Of a DNA stretch of 64,000 nucleotides, positions 20,142-29,771 are shown piece by piece (position 1 is the stretch's first letter; each line of letters starts with the position of its first letter). The DNA lies in assembly GCA_964648865.1 (NCBI GenBank), contig CAZYLV010000004.1:2740-66739 (forward strand), given 5' to 3'. The translations under genes were made by a program, and so were the position numbers. The DNA comes from an uncultured Gammaproteobacteria bacterium. Its GTDB lineage: Bacteria > Patescibacteriota > Patescibacteriia > 2-12-FULL-57-11. The notes under the pieces were generated by a model. It had not been told where the DNA came from and ran no database searches. It saw nothing but the letters and a program-made list of their open reading frames with translations.

Positions 20142-21208
20142 AAGCGGACCCGCTCCCCCAACTCCTGCAGCAGATGCCTGGCCAGCTCCCAGAACGCTTC
20201 CCGATGGCCGATGCGATGGACCTCGGCGGCGGGCGCCCGGTCCGCAAGCGGGACGTCCACGAGCAGGGACCCCACGCAGCGCTCCAAGAGCATCAGCCGA
20301 TACCGCGCGTCGAAGGCCTGATCGGCGGCGATCTGCGGGACCGCGGCGGCCGCCTCACGCCATTCCTGCGCGATCTGCAGGAACGCCTTGGGCGAGGGTG
20401 CGCGTTCCGTGCCCGCGGCCATCAGGTCGACCCAGACGTTGAACGCCCAGTCATACCACTGCGGTCGCCAGCTCCAATAGGCGTTGCTGAACAGCACGTA
20501 GCGGTCGATGCCCACGACGCAGACGTCCCTGGGGCCGAGGTGGCCGTGGGTGAAGACCATCGGCAGACCTTGTCCGAAGCGGGCGATGGCCGCGCGATAC
20601 CCCGTGACGAGACGCGCCAGCCGCTCGGGGTCGAGACGCCGGTCCGCCCGCGCCGACTGGTGCATCGTGAGCCAGCCCTCGAGCCGTCGCTCCATGAAGC
20701 GCGGGGCGGTCATGCCCCCCTTGCTCAGGAAGAAGGGTTGCCTGACGGCGCGGCGGAACTCCGCATAGAACTCGGCGTAGCGCCGGCGCTCCCGAGGCGA
20801 CGTGCTGGGCAACGAGTAGATCCGCAGCCCGCTGACCCGCTCCATGACCATGAGGCCGTAACCGCGCGCCGCCTGGAAGCGCTCGTGCAGCCTGACCTCT
20901 GGGACGCGGATCTTCTCCGTACCCCCGCCCTCCTGGCGGGCCAGGTCGTTGAGCAGGGTGAACTGCCGCATCAGGTCGGCCTCCTCGATCTCCAGCTTGA
21001 TGCCCTGGAGCTTGAGGATCGCCGGTGCATCCCGATACGCGCCGACGACGATCGCCGTGCCCGCTTTGGACGCCTCGTAGAGGACGCCGCGGGCGATCTC
21101 GCGCTCCGGCGAAAAGCCGATGCGCGCCGAGACCTCCTCGACGATCGCGGGGATGCGCTCGCCGAAGGATCCGTCCGTCTCCAGGTACTTCTCCGAAACC
21201 CGGTTCAT
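20138..21208 (-). CDS. phosphotransferase-family protein (APH/protein-kinase-like fold)
   Basis: 356 aa with a VFTHGHLGPRDV catalytic-loop-like motif and a D..W region typical of aminoglycoside-phosphotransferase-like kinases. Confidence 0.65.
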   Translation of the reverse strand: MNRVSEKYLETDGSFGERIPAIVEEVSARIGFSPEREIARGVLYEASKAGTAIVVGAYRDAPAILKLQGIKLEIEEADLMRQFTLLNDLARQEGGGTEKIRVPEVRLHERFQAARGYGLMVMERVSGLRIYSLPSTSPRERRRYAEFYAEFRRAVRQPFFLSKGGMTAPRFMERRLEGWLTMHQSARADRRLDPERLARLVTGYRAAIARFGQGLPMVFTHGHLGPRDVCVVGIDRYVLFSNAYWSWRPQWYDWAFNVWVDLMAAGTERAPSPKAFLQIAQEWREAAAAVPQIAADQAFDARYRLMLLERCVGSLLVDVPLADRAPAAEVHRIGHREAFWELARHLLQELGERVRF

Positions 21209-21248
21209 GTGCCCTCCGCGGCGACCGTAGCCGCAAGCGGGGAAAAGG

Positions 21249-22172
21249 TCAATGCGCCGCCTCCAGGAACGTCGAGGCGTCGATGGCCGCCATGCAGCCG
21301 GTGCCCGCGGCGGTCACTGCCTGGCGGTAGCGGGCATCGGCGACGTCGCCGCCGGCGAAGACGCCGGGCACCGAGGTGGCGCTCGAGCCGGGCCTCACCA
21401 CGATGTAGCCCTTGGCGTCCGTCTCCAGCTGGCCGCCGAGGAAGGCGGTGTTGGGCTCATGCCCGATGGCCGCGAAGACGCCGTCGACCTTCATCTCGGA
21501 GGTCTCCCCCGTCACGGTGTCCTTGAGCCGCACGCCGGTGACGCGCCCGACGTCGACGCCGAGGATCTCCTCGACCACGGCGTTCCAGAGGAAGGCGATC
21601 TTGGGGTTGGCCTTGGCGCGCTCCTGCATGATCCTGGAAGCCCGCAGCGCGTCGCGCCGCACCACGACCGTGACCTTGTTGGCGAAACGCGTCAGGAAGG
21701 TGGCCTCCTCCATGGCCGAGTCGCCCCCGCCGACGACGATGACCTCCTTGCCCTTGAAGAAGAACCCGTCGCAGGTGGCACAGGCGGAGACGCCCTTGCC
21801 GTACAGCTTCTTTTCGCTCTCGAGCCCGAGGCGCTTGGCCGAGGCGCCGGTAGCGATGATGAGCGTCTGTGCCTCGTACGTCCCGGACGCCGCGGTCACG
21901 CTGAAGGGACGCACCGAGAGGTCGACCGCCGTGACGGCCTCATCCTTGATGCGGGCGCCGAAACGCTCGGCCTGCTCGCGCATGGCGACGACGAGCTCCG
22001 GTCCCAAGATGCCTTTGGGGAAACCGGGGTAGTTCTCGACGTCCGTGGTGGTGGTCAGCTGGCCGCCGGGCTCGAGGCCGGAGAAGACGAGCGGCGCCAA
22101 GTCGGCGCGGGCGGCGTAGACGGCGGCCGTGTATCCGGCCGGACCGGAACCGATGATGATGACGCGTTCCAT
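21249..22172 (-). CDS. trxB: thioredoxin-disulfide reductase
   Basis: 307 aa with GSGPAG (FAD), CATC redox-active cysteines and GGGDSA (NADPH). Confidence 0.9.
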   Translation of the reverse strand: MERVIIIGSGPAGYTAAVYAARADLAPLVFSGLEPGGQLTTTTDVENYPGFPKGILGPELVVAMREQAERFGARIKDEAVTAVDLSVRPFSVTAASGTYEAQTLIIATGASAKRLGLESEKKLYGKGVSACATCDGFFFKGKEVIVVGGGDSAMEEATFLTRFANKVTVVVRRDALRASRIMQERAKANPKIAFLWNAVVEEILGVDVGRVTGVRLKDTVTGETSEMKVDGVFAAIGHEPNTAFLGGQLETDAKGYIVVRPGSSATSVPGVFAGGDVADARYRQAVTAAGTGCMAAIDASTFLEAAH

Positions 22173-22221
22173 AGACGGAAACGGACGGGGCGAGGCCCCG
22201 CCCGAATGAGCTGCTGGGAAG

Positions 22222-22542
22222 TTAGGAAAGCGACGCGAGCTTCTCGCGGAGCGCCTGTTCTGTCTGGAGCCCGACCATCTGCTCGACCACCTGGCCGCCG
22301 CGGTACAGGATGATGGTCGGGATGGACATGACGCCGTACTTCTGCGCGTTCGCCGGGTTCGCGTCGACGTCGAGCTTGCCGATCTTGACCTTGCCGGCGA
22401 ACTCTTCCGAGAGTTTCTCCACGATCGGCCCCTGGATGCGGCACGGACCGCACCAGGCCGCCCAGAAATCCACCAGCACGGGCTCCGCGGCCTTGAGCAC
22501 TTCGGCGTCGAACGTGGCGTCTGTCAGGGTCACTGCGGGCAT
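22222..22542 (-). CDS. trxA: thioredoxin
   Basis: 106 aa from the ATG at 22542; the ORF track extends upstream through an Arg-rich artefact. It has the WCGPC active site, and its start is 1 nt from the infB stop. Confidence 0.85.
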   Translation of the reverse strand: MPAVTLTDATFDAEVLKAAEPVLVDFWAAWCGPCRIQGPIVEKLSEEFAGKVKIGKLDVDANPANAQKYGVMSIPTIILYRGGQVVEQMVGLQTEQALREKLASLS

Positions 22543-22543
22543 A

Positions 22544-24550
22544 TCATTTGGCGGGCTTATCGAAGACGATCTTGCGGGTCTTCTTTTCCTCTTTATGGAA
22601 GAGCAGCGTATCACCTTCCGCGAGCGGTGCCGAGGTCTTGACCTTGAGGCCGCCCTCGGAACCCATGCGCAGCTCGGGCACCTCCTGTTTGCCGCTCTGG
22701 ACGGTCCGGACCTCGCCTTTGGCGACGTCCTCACCGGCGCGGCGGGCCTCGAAGGACAACCCCTTAACGATGCGCCCGTCCTCCACGCGGCCGCCGACGA
22801 TCTGCTCGTCGCGCTCGGTGCGGAAGATGGCCAGCACCTGCATGCGGCCGAAGTCGGTACGCACGACCTCCGGGGTGAGCATGCCCTCGAGCTGGGCGGT
22901 GAGGTCGTTGAAGAGGTCGTAGATGATCCTGTACGTCTTGAGGGCGACGCCCTTCTCGCGGGCCAGCTCGGCGACCTGCGGCGGCACGGCCACGTTGAAG
23001 CCCACGATCTGCGCCTGCGAGGCCTCGGCGCGCAGCACGTCGGCCTCGGTGACGTTGCCGAGCCCCTTGGAGACGACGTTGAGCCCCACCTCAGGATGGC
23101 TGAACTTCTCGAAGGACACCAGGATGGCCTCGAGCGAGCCGAGCACGTCGGCCTTGACGATGAGCGGCACGAGCTTCATCTCCTCGGTCGTCTCCGGCGC
23201 CGGCTTCTCCACCGTGGCGATCTTCTCGCCGGTGGCGCGGACCTGCCGGACGCGCGCGAGCTTCTTGCCCTCCTCCGGCACCTCGACCACGTCGCCGACC
23301 TGCGGGGCGACCTTGAAGCCGAGGATGCGCACCGGCATGCCCGGCGGGGCCTCGTCGAGGTTCTCGCCGCGGAAATCCTTCATGGCGCGCACGCGGCCGT
23401 AGAGCTCCGCGCCCACGGCCAGCTCGTCGTTGCGGCGGAGCGTGCCGTTCTGGACGAGCAGCGTGGCCACGACGCCCTCGCCCGGCGAGACGTGGCTCTC
23501 GATGACCGTGCCCTGGGCGCGGCGGTCGGGGTTGGCGCGGGTCTCGTCGCGCTTGAGGTCGGCCACGAGCAGGATGAGCTCCAGGAGCTTGTCGATGTTG
23601 AGCCCCGTCTTGGCCGAGATGGGCTGCATCGGCACGGGACCTCCCCAGTCCTCGGGGATGATGTTGAGCTCGGCGAGCTCGCGCTTGACCCGCTCCGGAT
23701 CGGCCTCGGGCTTGTCGACCTTGTTGATGGCCACGACGAACGGCAGCTTGGCGGCCTGGATGATCTTGACCGCCTCCTTGGTCTGCGGCTGCACGCCGTC
23801 GTCGGCCGCGACCACCAGGATGGCGATGTCGGCGATCTTGGCGCCGCGGGAGCGCATGGCCGTGAAGGCCTCGTGACCCGGCGTGTCGATGAAGGTGATG
23901 GTGCGCCCGTCCTTCTGCGTCTGGTAGGCGCCGATGTGCTGAGTGATGCCGCCCGCCTCCCCGGCCGCGACGTCGGCCGAACGGATGGTGTCCAGCAGCT
24001 TGGTCTTGCCGTGGTCGACGTGGCCCATGACGACGATGACCGGCGGGCGCACGACGAGCGACGCGGCGGCCTCGGCGCCGACGGCCTGCTTGATGACGTC
24101 GCCGGTGGCGACCGGCTCGGCTTCCCCCTCCTCGGCCTCGGCCGCGCGCACCTCGAAGCCGAGGTCCGAGGCCACCACCGCGGCCGTATCGTAGTCGACG
24201 CGCTCGTTGAGCGAGGCCAGGATGCCGTTCTTCATGAATTCCTGGATGACGCGGGTCACCGGGAGCCCCAGCTTGGCGGCGAAGTCGCGCACCGTGATGA
24301 CCTGCGGCAGTGCCACCGGCCCGCGCTCGGCGGCAAGCTTCTGCAGCTCGGCCACGGCCGCCTCCTTGGCGGCGACGCGCTTCTTCTCGAGCATCTGCAC
24401 GATGCGCGGCCAGGACTCGATGATCTTCTTGGCCGTGCGGTCGTCCACCTTGATGGCGCGTCGGCCGATGTCGAAACCGGCATCGGGGAGGATGCCGCGC
24501 AGGTCGTCCGGCGGGACGCGCAGTTTCCGGGCCAGCTCGGTGATGTTCAT
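22544..24550 (-). CDS. infB: translation initiation factor IF-2
   Basis: 668 aa with GHVDHGKT, DTPGH and NKVD G-domain motifs and IF-2 C-terminal domains. Confidence 0.92.
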   Translation of the reverse strand: MNITELARKLRVPPDDLRGILPDAGFDIGRRAIKVDDRTAKKIIESWPRIVQMLEKKRVAAKEAAVAELQKLAAERGPVALPQVITVRDFAAKLGLPVTRVIQEFMKNGILASLNERVDYDTAAVVASDLGFEVRAAEAEEGEAEPVATGDVIKQAVGAEAAASLVVRPPVIVVMGHVDHGKTKLLDTIRSADVAAGEAGGITQHIGAYQTQKDGRTITFIDTPGHEAFTAMRSRGAKIADIAILVVAADDGVQPQTKEAVKIIQAAKLPFVVAINKVDKPEADPERVKRELAELNIIPEDWGGPVPMQPISAKTGLNIDKLLELILLVADLKRDETRANPDRRAQGTVIESHVSPGEGVVATLLVQNGTLRRNDELAVGAELYGRVRAMKDFRGENLDEAPPGMPVRILGFKVAPQVGDVVEVPEEGKKLARVRQVRATGEKIATVEKPAPETTEEMKLVPLIVKADVLGSLEAILVSFEKFSHPEVGLNVVSKGLGNVTEADVLRAEASQAQIVGFNVAVPPQVAELAREKGVALKTYRIIYDLFNDLTAQLEGMLTPEVVRTDFGRMQVLAIFRTERDEQIVGGRVEDGRIVKGLSFEARRAGEDVAKGEVRTVQSGKQEVPELRMGSEGGLKVKTSAPLAEGDTLLFHKEEKKTRKIVFDKPAK

Positions 24551-24610
24551 GCGTGGCGCACTCTACCCGCGCGGGACACCCACGTCAACCGGTGCTATCA
24601 TGCTCCGCCT

Positions 24611-25360
24611 ATGCCGGACGCCCCCTCGGGGTTCCTCGCCATCGACAAGCCCGCGGGCTGGACCAGCCACGACGTCGTGGCCAAGCTCCGGCACATCACC
24701 GGGGTCAAGACCATCGGCCACGCCGGGACCCTCGACCCCTTCGCCACGGGACTGCTCATCGTCGGCATCGGCCGCGCGGCCACCAAGCGGCTGGCCGCAT
24801 TCCAGAAACAGGACAAGGAATACCTGGCGAGGGCGCGTTTCGATGGCACGAGCGACACGGATGACGTCACGGGGACGATCACTCACCCCCCAGCCGCGTC
24901 CGTGGGTGATGCGAAGCCAGGGCTCCCGACGGCGCGCAGCGCAGCGAGCACCGGCGGGATGGCGCAGCAGCAGGACCTACGGACGCGGATACAAGCCGCC
25001 TTCGCCGCCGAGGTCGGCACCCGCCCGCAGGCGCCGCCGGCCTACGCCGCCAAGAAGGTCGGCGGCAAGAAGATGTACGAGCTGGCCCGCGCCGGGAAAG
25101 CCGTCGACGCCAAGCCCGTCCCCATCACGATCGCCGCCATCGACGTCACGCGCATCGCCTGGCCGGAGGTCGACTTCACCATCACCTGCTCGACCGGCAC
25201 CTACGTCCGCGCCGTGGCCCGCGACGTCGGCGAGCGGCTCGGGACCGGCGGCTATCTCACGGCGCTCCGCCGCACGCGCAGCGGCGACATCGGCATCGAA
25301 AAAGCGCTCTCCCTGGAGCGCCTCACCGCGGACACCTGGACCTCCTTCTTATGGACATAA
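24611..25360 (+). CDS. truB: tRNA pseudouridine(55) synthase
   Basis: 250 aa from the ATG at 24611 (in frame within the long artefactual ORF). The catalytic GTLDPFATGLL motif is present. Confidence 0.85.
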   Translation: MPDAPSGFLAIDKPAGWTSHDVVAKLRHITGVKTIGHAGTLDPFATGLLIVGIGRAATKRLAAFQKQDKEYLARARFDGTSDTDDVTGTITHPPAASVGDAKPGLPTARSAASTGGMAQQQDLRTRIQAAFAAEVGTRPQAPPAYAAKKVGGKKMYELARAGKAVDAKPVPITIAAIDVTRIAWPEVDFTITCSTGTYVRAVARDVGERLGTGGYLTALRRTRSGDIGIEKALSLERLTADTWTSFLWT

Positions 25361-25444
25361 GCATCGCCTGGATCGTCTTCGGGCTCTTCGTGGCGGCCGG
25401 CATCTGGGTCTGGTTCGTCATCGAGTAGGACGCTCGACGTGGGT

Positions 25445-26401
25445 CTAGGACTCGGCGAGGCCCTGCTCGACCGCCGCGACGATCTCCTCGAGCGAGAGGG
25501 CCGTCGGCTCGATATGCTGCGGGTTGATGCCGCCGTTCTGCAGCGTGTTGGCCATGACGTCGTAGAACCACATCGGCAGCGCCTCCACCCGCCCCGGTGC
25601 GCCGAGCGCCTCCGCCGGCACGTCGAGGTTGCGCCGCACGGCCTCGGCGTCGCGGATGCGCGTCATGATCGGCCGCAGGTCCACGTTGCGCTTCTGGTTG
25701 CTGATGAGGTTGATGTGGCCCGTGCCCAGCCGCTGCACGACCAGGTCCACGTGGAAGTAGGCGCGCAGGAACCCGGGCAGGGCGATGTTGTCGCTCTCGA
25801 GCACGGCCACCTTCCAGGCGCCGCGCTTCCCTTTGACGGAGAACTCCCGCCCTTTCCCCGTGGCCTTGAGTTCCTTCCACTCCTTGGGGTTCTCCTCAAG
25901 CCGCTGACGTTGCTCGCGGACGTGGGCGCGGAAGAGCCGGAGCACCATCTCGAGCAGCGAGCCGGGGTCGTCGCGGTGGACGCGGTTGTAGGTGGACATG
26001 AGCCCGGACAGCCCGAAGGCCCGATCGAGCGGGTCGGCGGAGAGCGTCCCCTTCCCTTCCAGGTCGTCGCGCTTGGCGTAGGCCAGGAGCTTTTGGAGCG
26101 CCGGGTCCTTGTCGACGCCGAGCGTCTTCGCCACGAGCGTCGCCGCGCTGTCCTTGGTGGCGCGGCCGGCCGCCGAGTGATGGTCGAACATGCCGCCGCC
26201 CAAGTCGATGGGCAGCGTGCCCTTGGCCTCGAGCTCCGCCGCGGTCGTGCCGTCCGGCAGCGCCGTCCAAAAGACGACCTCGGCCTTGGCGATGCCGGGG
26301 AAGCGCTTCTCCCCGTAGTCCTGGAGCAGGAGCACCGCGGCGACGGTGTCCGGCTGGACCTTGGGGAAGATGGCGATGGTGTGCACCGGGCGCGGCTCCA
26401 T
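25445..26401 (-). CDS. hypothetical protein (weak DHH-phosphoesterase-like motif GGGMFDHH)
   Basis: 318 aa from the ATG at 26401; the ORF track extends upstream through an Arg-rich artefact. No confident family assignment. Confidence 0.45.
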   Translation of the reverse strand: MEPRPVHTIAIFPKVQPDTVAAVLLLQDYGEKRFPGIAKAEVVFWTALPDGTTAAELEAKGTLPIDLGGGMFDHHSAAGRATKDSAATLVAKTLGVDKDPALQKLLAYAKRDDLEGKGTLSADPLDRAFGLSGLMSTYNRVHRDDPGSLLEMVLRLFRAHVREQRQRLEENPKEWKELKATGKGREFSVKGKRGAWKVAVLESDNIALPGFLRAYFHVDLVVQRLGTGHINLISNQKRNVDLRPIMTRIRDAEAVRRNLDVPAEALGAPGRVEALPMWFYDVMANTLQNGGINPQHIEPTALSLEEIVAAVEQGLAES

Positions 26402-26525
26402 ACCCGGACATTCTACTATAGATAAAAGAAACCGGCGGAGAAGGAGGGCATCCCGTGAGGGACGCGCCGTACCTTCTCCGCCGTGTGTCCCGCCGAGGCG
26501 GAATCGCGCCCGGAGGCGCGGTGCG

Positions 26526-27923
26526 CTACTTCCGCGAGACCTCCAGCGCCACCGCCTCGAGCTCCGCGACGATCTCCCCGAGGGGGATCTTCGTGGGCGG
26601 GGTGTCACCGTAGGAGTGGCCGCCGTTGAGGATGCAGCCGAACTTGGGATCGTGGAACCACAGGCGCGGCTCCCGCTTGAGGAGCTCGCGCGCGATCCGC
26701 TCGATGGGAACGGTCCGGTCCGTGAGCACCGAGACGTTGCCCTTGTCGTTGACCACCACGATGATCCGCACGGGGTAGCGTCGGAACGCCGCCCGCGGGA
26801 ACCGCGTGTTGCGCGCGACGGCCGGATCGACGTGGCTGATCACCACCCCGAACCCACCGCCGAACCTGGTGACGACCACCCCGTCGAGGAGGTCGTCGGC
26901 CTTGTCGTTCTGGATGGACGACTGGGCCACGATGTTGACGAGGACGTTGTCCCCCTCGTCCCAGACCTCCTGCTCGCTCTTGCCGAGCGCCACCAGGTTG
27001 CGCAGGTGGCTGGCGAGGGTGAAGTGCCGGAAGTCGGTGCCGGCCTGCGTCTCCTCGCGGAAGAGCGCGCCGTAGACCTTGTTGGCCTCCAGCGACTCCG
27101 TCGTCGGGAGGTCCAGCGTGCCCTCGGCCAGGCCGACCCGGACCTTGAAGTCCGCCTCGATGACCGCGAGCGTCCAGTCGACGACCATGTCCATGGTCCA
27201 GTCGACCGGCTTCATGGCCTCGCGCTCCTCCGGCGTCCAGGTGGCGGGCTTGCACAGCTCGCGCATCAGGTACACCACGGAGTTGTTCGCGTGCTTGAGC
27301 AGCCCGGTCCCGTTGTTGCGCCCCGCGAGGAGCACGTAGTGGAGCGCGATGCGCTCCCGCACGTCGGTCACGGTCCGCTCGACCACGTCGTGAGCGTTGA
27401 CCTCGCGGCCGCGGTACCAGACCGTGCCGGCGAAGGCGCGCTTGCGGCCGCGTTCGGTGCCGGTGATCCACTCGTGGGTGGCCACGAAGAGTCCGTCGAG
27501 GCCCCACTTCTGGATCAACCCGAGGTCCAACGCCACGCACTCGCATGCGCTCGCCGTCCCGCGGGTCTGGTACTTGTTCCGACCGAGATCGATCGGATAG
27601 GTGAGCCCCTGGCGCCAGCGGCGCTCGAGGGCCTCGGTCGGCCGGTTGCCGCCCGAGAGGATGCCCCGCGGGTTCTTGTAGACCCGGTCGCCGCCCCAGA
27701 ACGAGGCGTTGACCTCGCTCCACGACTTCCTGAGCCCGAAGGTCAGGAAGAGGAAGAGCGCGAGGACCTTCTCGAACGGGGGGTTCTGCGGGAGGATGAC
27801 GCCGTCGACCTCGTCGATCGGCATCCCCTGGATCATCCGGCTCTCGACCTTCGGCGCCGGCTGCGCCTTGCGGGTGCCGCCGAACTTCTTGTTGAAGGCC
27901 GTAATCGGGTTCTTGTTCGCCAT
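26526..27923 (-). CDS. hypothetical protein (465 aa)
   Basis: ATG at 27923 preceded by GGAGAG. No recognised domain. Expressed from its own canonical promoter with a roughly 215-nt leader. Confidence 0.55.
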   Translation of the reverse strand: MANKNPITAFNKKFGGTRKAQPAPKVESRMIQGMPIDEVDGVILPQNPPFEKVLALFLFLTFGLRKSWSEVNASFWGGDRVYKNPRGILSGGNRPTEALERRWRQGLTYPIDLGRNKYQTRGTASACECVALDLGLIQKWGLDGLFVATHEWITGTERGRKRAFAGTVWYRGREVNAHDVVERTVTDVRERIALHYVLLAGRNNGTGLLKHANNSVVYLMRELCKPATWTPEEREAMKPVDWTMDMVVDWTLAVIEADFKVRVGLAEGTLDLPTTESLEANKVYGALFREETQAGTDFRHFTLASHLRNLVALGKSEQEVWDEGDNVLVNIVAQSSIQNDKADDLLDGVVVTRFGGGFGVVISHVDPAVARNTRFPRAAFRRYPVRIIVVVNDKGNVSVLTDRTVPIERIARELLKREPRLWFHDPKFGCILNGGHSYGDTPPTKIPLGEIVAELEAVALEVSRK

Positions 27924-28145
27924 CGCACTCTCCTCGTGGGCCCCGGGATTGGGGCGGGCGTCCCGCCTTGGCGGGACATTTTTGACCGTCCCCACCATGG
28001 GGCCGGCCGCCTAACCCTCAGGACCGAAAATCCGATCCGAACGGTTCGACGGCCAGCCAGGCCTCGGGAAAGCGCGTTCTAAGCCTGTGTTGTCAATGTC
28101 CGGCGCGTCATCGCCGGGCACGATTTGCCCATTCAATGACGGGCT

Positions 28146-28174
28146 TTTATACCATATCCTCCAGGTTTTGTCAA
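28146..28174 (-). promoter_or_regulatory. sigma70-type promoter (TTGACA, 17 nt spacer, TATAAA) for the 465-aa gene
   Basis: Minus strand: ttgaca aaacctggaggatatgg tataaa. Confidence 0.5.
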
Positions 28175-28264
28175 GAGTGCCTGTACAGCCAATTTGGCTC
28201 AACACAAAGAAAACGCCGCCCAGCGAGAGCTGGACGGCTGCGGAATCGCTTGGGTTTTCGGCAA

Positions 28265-29473
28265 TCAGGCGAATTCCAGGGCCTGGATGAACCGCGTCTC
28301 GAGCTCGGCAGCCCCGAAGGGCAGGTCCCCGAGGTACGGATCGCCCTCGTGACGGTTGGCCACGCAGGCGCCGTGCTGGTCGAGGTAGATCGGGCTCCAG
28401 TCGACGAACCCGGGCGCCGAGGCCTGGGCCGCGCGCTGCTCGCTCAGACGCTGGCCGTGGAAGGCCAGGCGCAGGCGACCGGCGGCCACGATCAGCCGCT
28501 CGCGGACCGCGCCCTTGTTGCCGATCACCTGGGCGAAGAACCCGCCGTCCTCGACGCGGACCGCCACGTCCGCGCCCTGGACGTGCTCGCGGATCCAGGC
28601 TGCGGCCAGCGGGCTCGGGCTCCGGCAGACGGCCAAGGCCAGCGGACCGAGCGTGCCGGAAGCGTCCGGCAGGCCCACCGTGACGAGCCGACCGCTCGCC
28701 GACCAGTCGGCCTCGGCCTGGCGGAGCCAGGCACGGGTGGCGAGCGCCGCGCGCATCGCCGTCTTGCCGAAGGTCCACGGCCGGCGCTGCAGCCGCATCC
28801 AGGCGCTGAGCGCCGGGATATTGGCCGTCTCCGGCTTGTTGAGGCCCCCGGAGACCATGCGGTCGAAGAGCAGCCCGGCCAGCACGCGGCTGCCCTCCTC
28901 GGCCTCGGCCCTGGACGTCTTGCCGCGGTCGGCGAGCAGCCACAGCACGCGGACGACCATCTCCGGGGTGGGAGCCACCCCGGGGTACCACGGCTCGCAG
29001 GCCTTGGGGTCGCCGCGCACCCAGTCGCCCGGCTCGGAGAACCCGGCGGCCATGTGCATGCAGACCCGCTCGAGGACCTGCTCCGGGCCGCGGCCCTCGA
29101 AGACCCCAGCGCCGTCGCCCACCCCGAGCAGCAGGTATCCCTCCCGCTCGAAACGCCGGCTGAGCGGCTCCCCCGGCTCCTCCGCATCGGGCGGGGGCTC
29201 GAGGTCGCGCATCCAGTGCGGCCCCATGGCGGCGCGGACGATCCGCGCTCCAGGCTCGACCGAACCCTTCCAGTACGGATGGCGGGTCAACGCCGCCGCC
29301 GCCACCCAGCCCGCCACGCCCGTGCGCGGGATGACGATGGTATGCCGGAGCGGCACGCCCCTCTCCTGCGGCTCCTCAGTGGGAGCGTCGCTGGAGGAGG
29401 CGGGCCCCCAGGCCTGCGCTTGCCCCTGCCGGGCTTCCTGCCGCCGGTCGCGGCGCTTTCCCCTCCGTCCCAT
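28265..29473 (-). CDS. hypothetical protein (402 aa)
   Basis: ATG preceded by GAGAGGAGGAACGGA. No recognised domain. Divergent from rny. Confidence 0.5.
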   Translation of the reverse strand: MGRRGKRRDRRQEARQGQAQAWGPASSSDAPTEEPQERGVPLRHTIVIPRTGVAGWVAAAALTRHPYWKGSVEPGARIVRAAMGPHWMRDLEPPPDAEEPGEPLSRRFEREGYLLLGVGDGAGVFEGRGPEQVLERVCMHMAAGFSEPGDWVRGDPKACEPWYPGVAPTPEMVVRVLWLLADRGKTSRAEAEEGSRVLAGLLFDRMVSGGLNKPETANIPALSAWMRLQRRPWTFGKTAMRAALATRAWLRQAEADWSASGRLVTVGLPDASGTLGPLALAVCRSPSPLAAAWIREHVQGADVAVRVEDGGFFAQVIGNKGAVRERLIVAAGRLRLAFHGQRLSEQRAAQASAPGFVDWSPIYLDQHGACVANRHEGDPYLGDLPFGAAELETRFIQALEFA

Positions 29474-29771
29474 TCCGTTCCTCCTCTCGTTTCCCTCGTC
29501 CTCCGGACCATCCGGAAAGACCGGTCAATCTAGCACAATTCTTGCTCCCGGTCAACCCCCGTGCTAGAGTCGCCGAAGAGTCTTGAATCGTACCTGCGGC
29601 ACTCCACGCACCGGTCGTACCTGTCGCCGATAGGGAAACTGCCATGAGGAACGCACTCGCATCGTCTCTCGCTCCGTCCGGACGGCCGACCGCGCTCGGC
29701 CGGCCTTTGCGTTGACTCCCGACACGTTTCCACGGTGAGAGGTGCCGGCGCCGGAAGGCCGCCTGACACCT

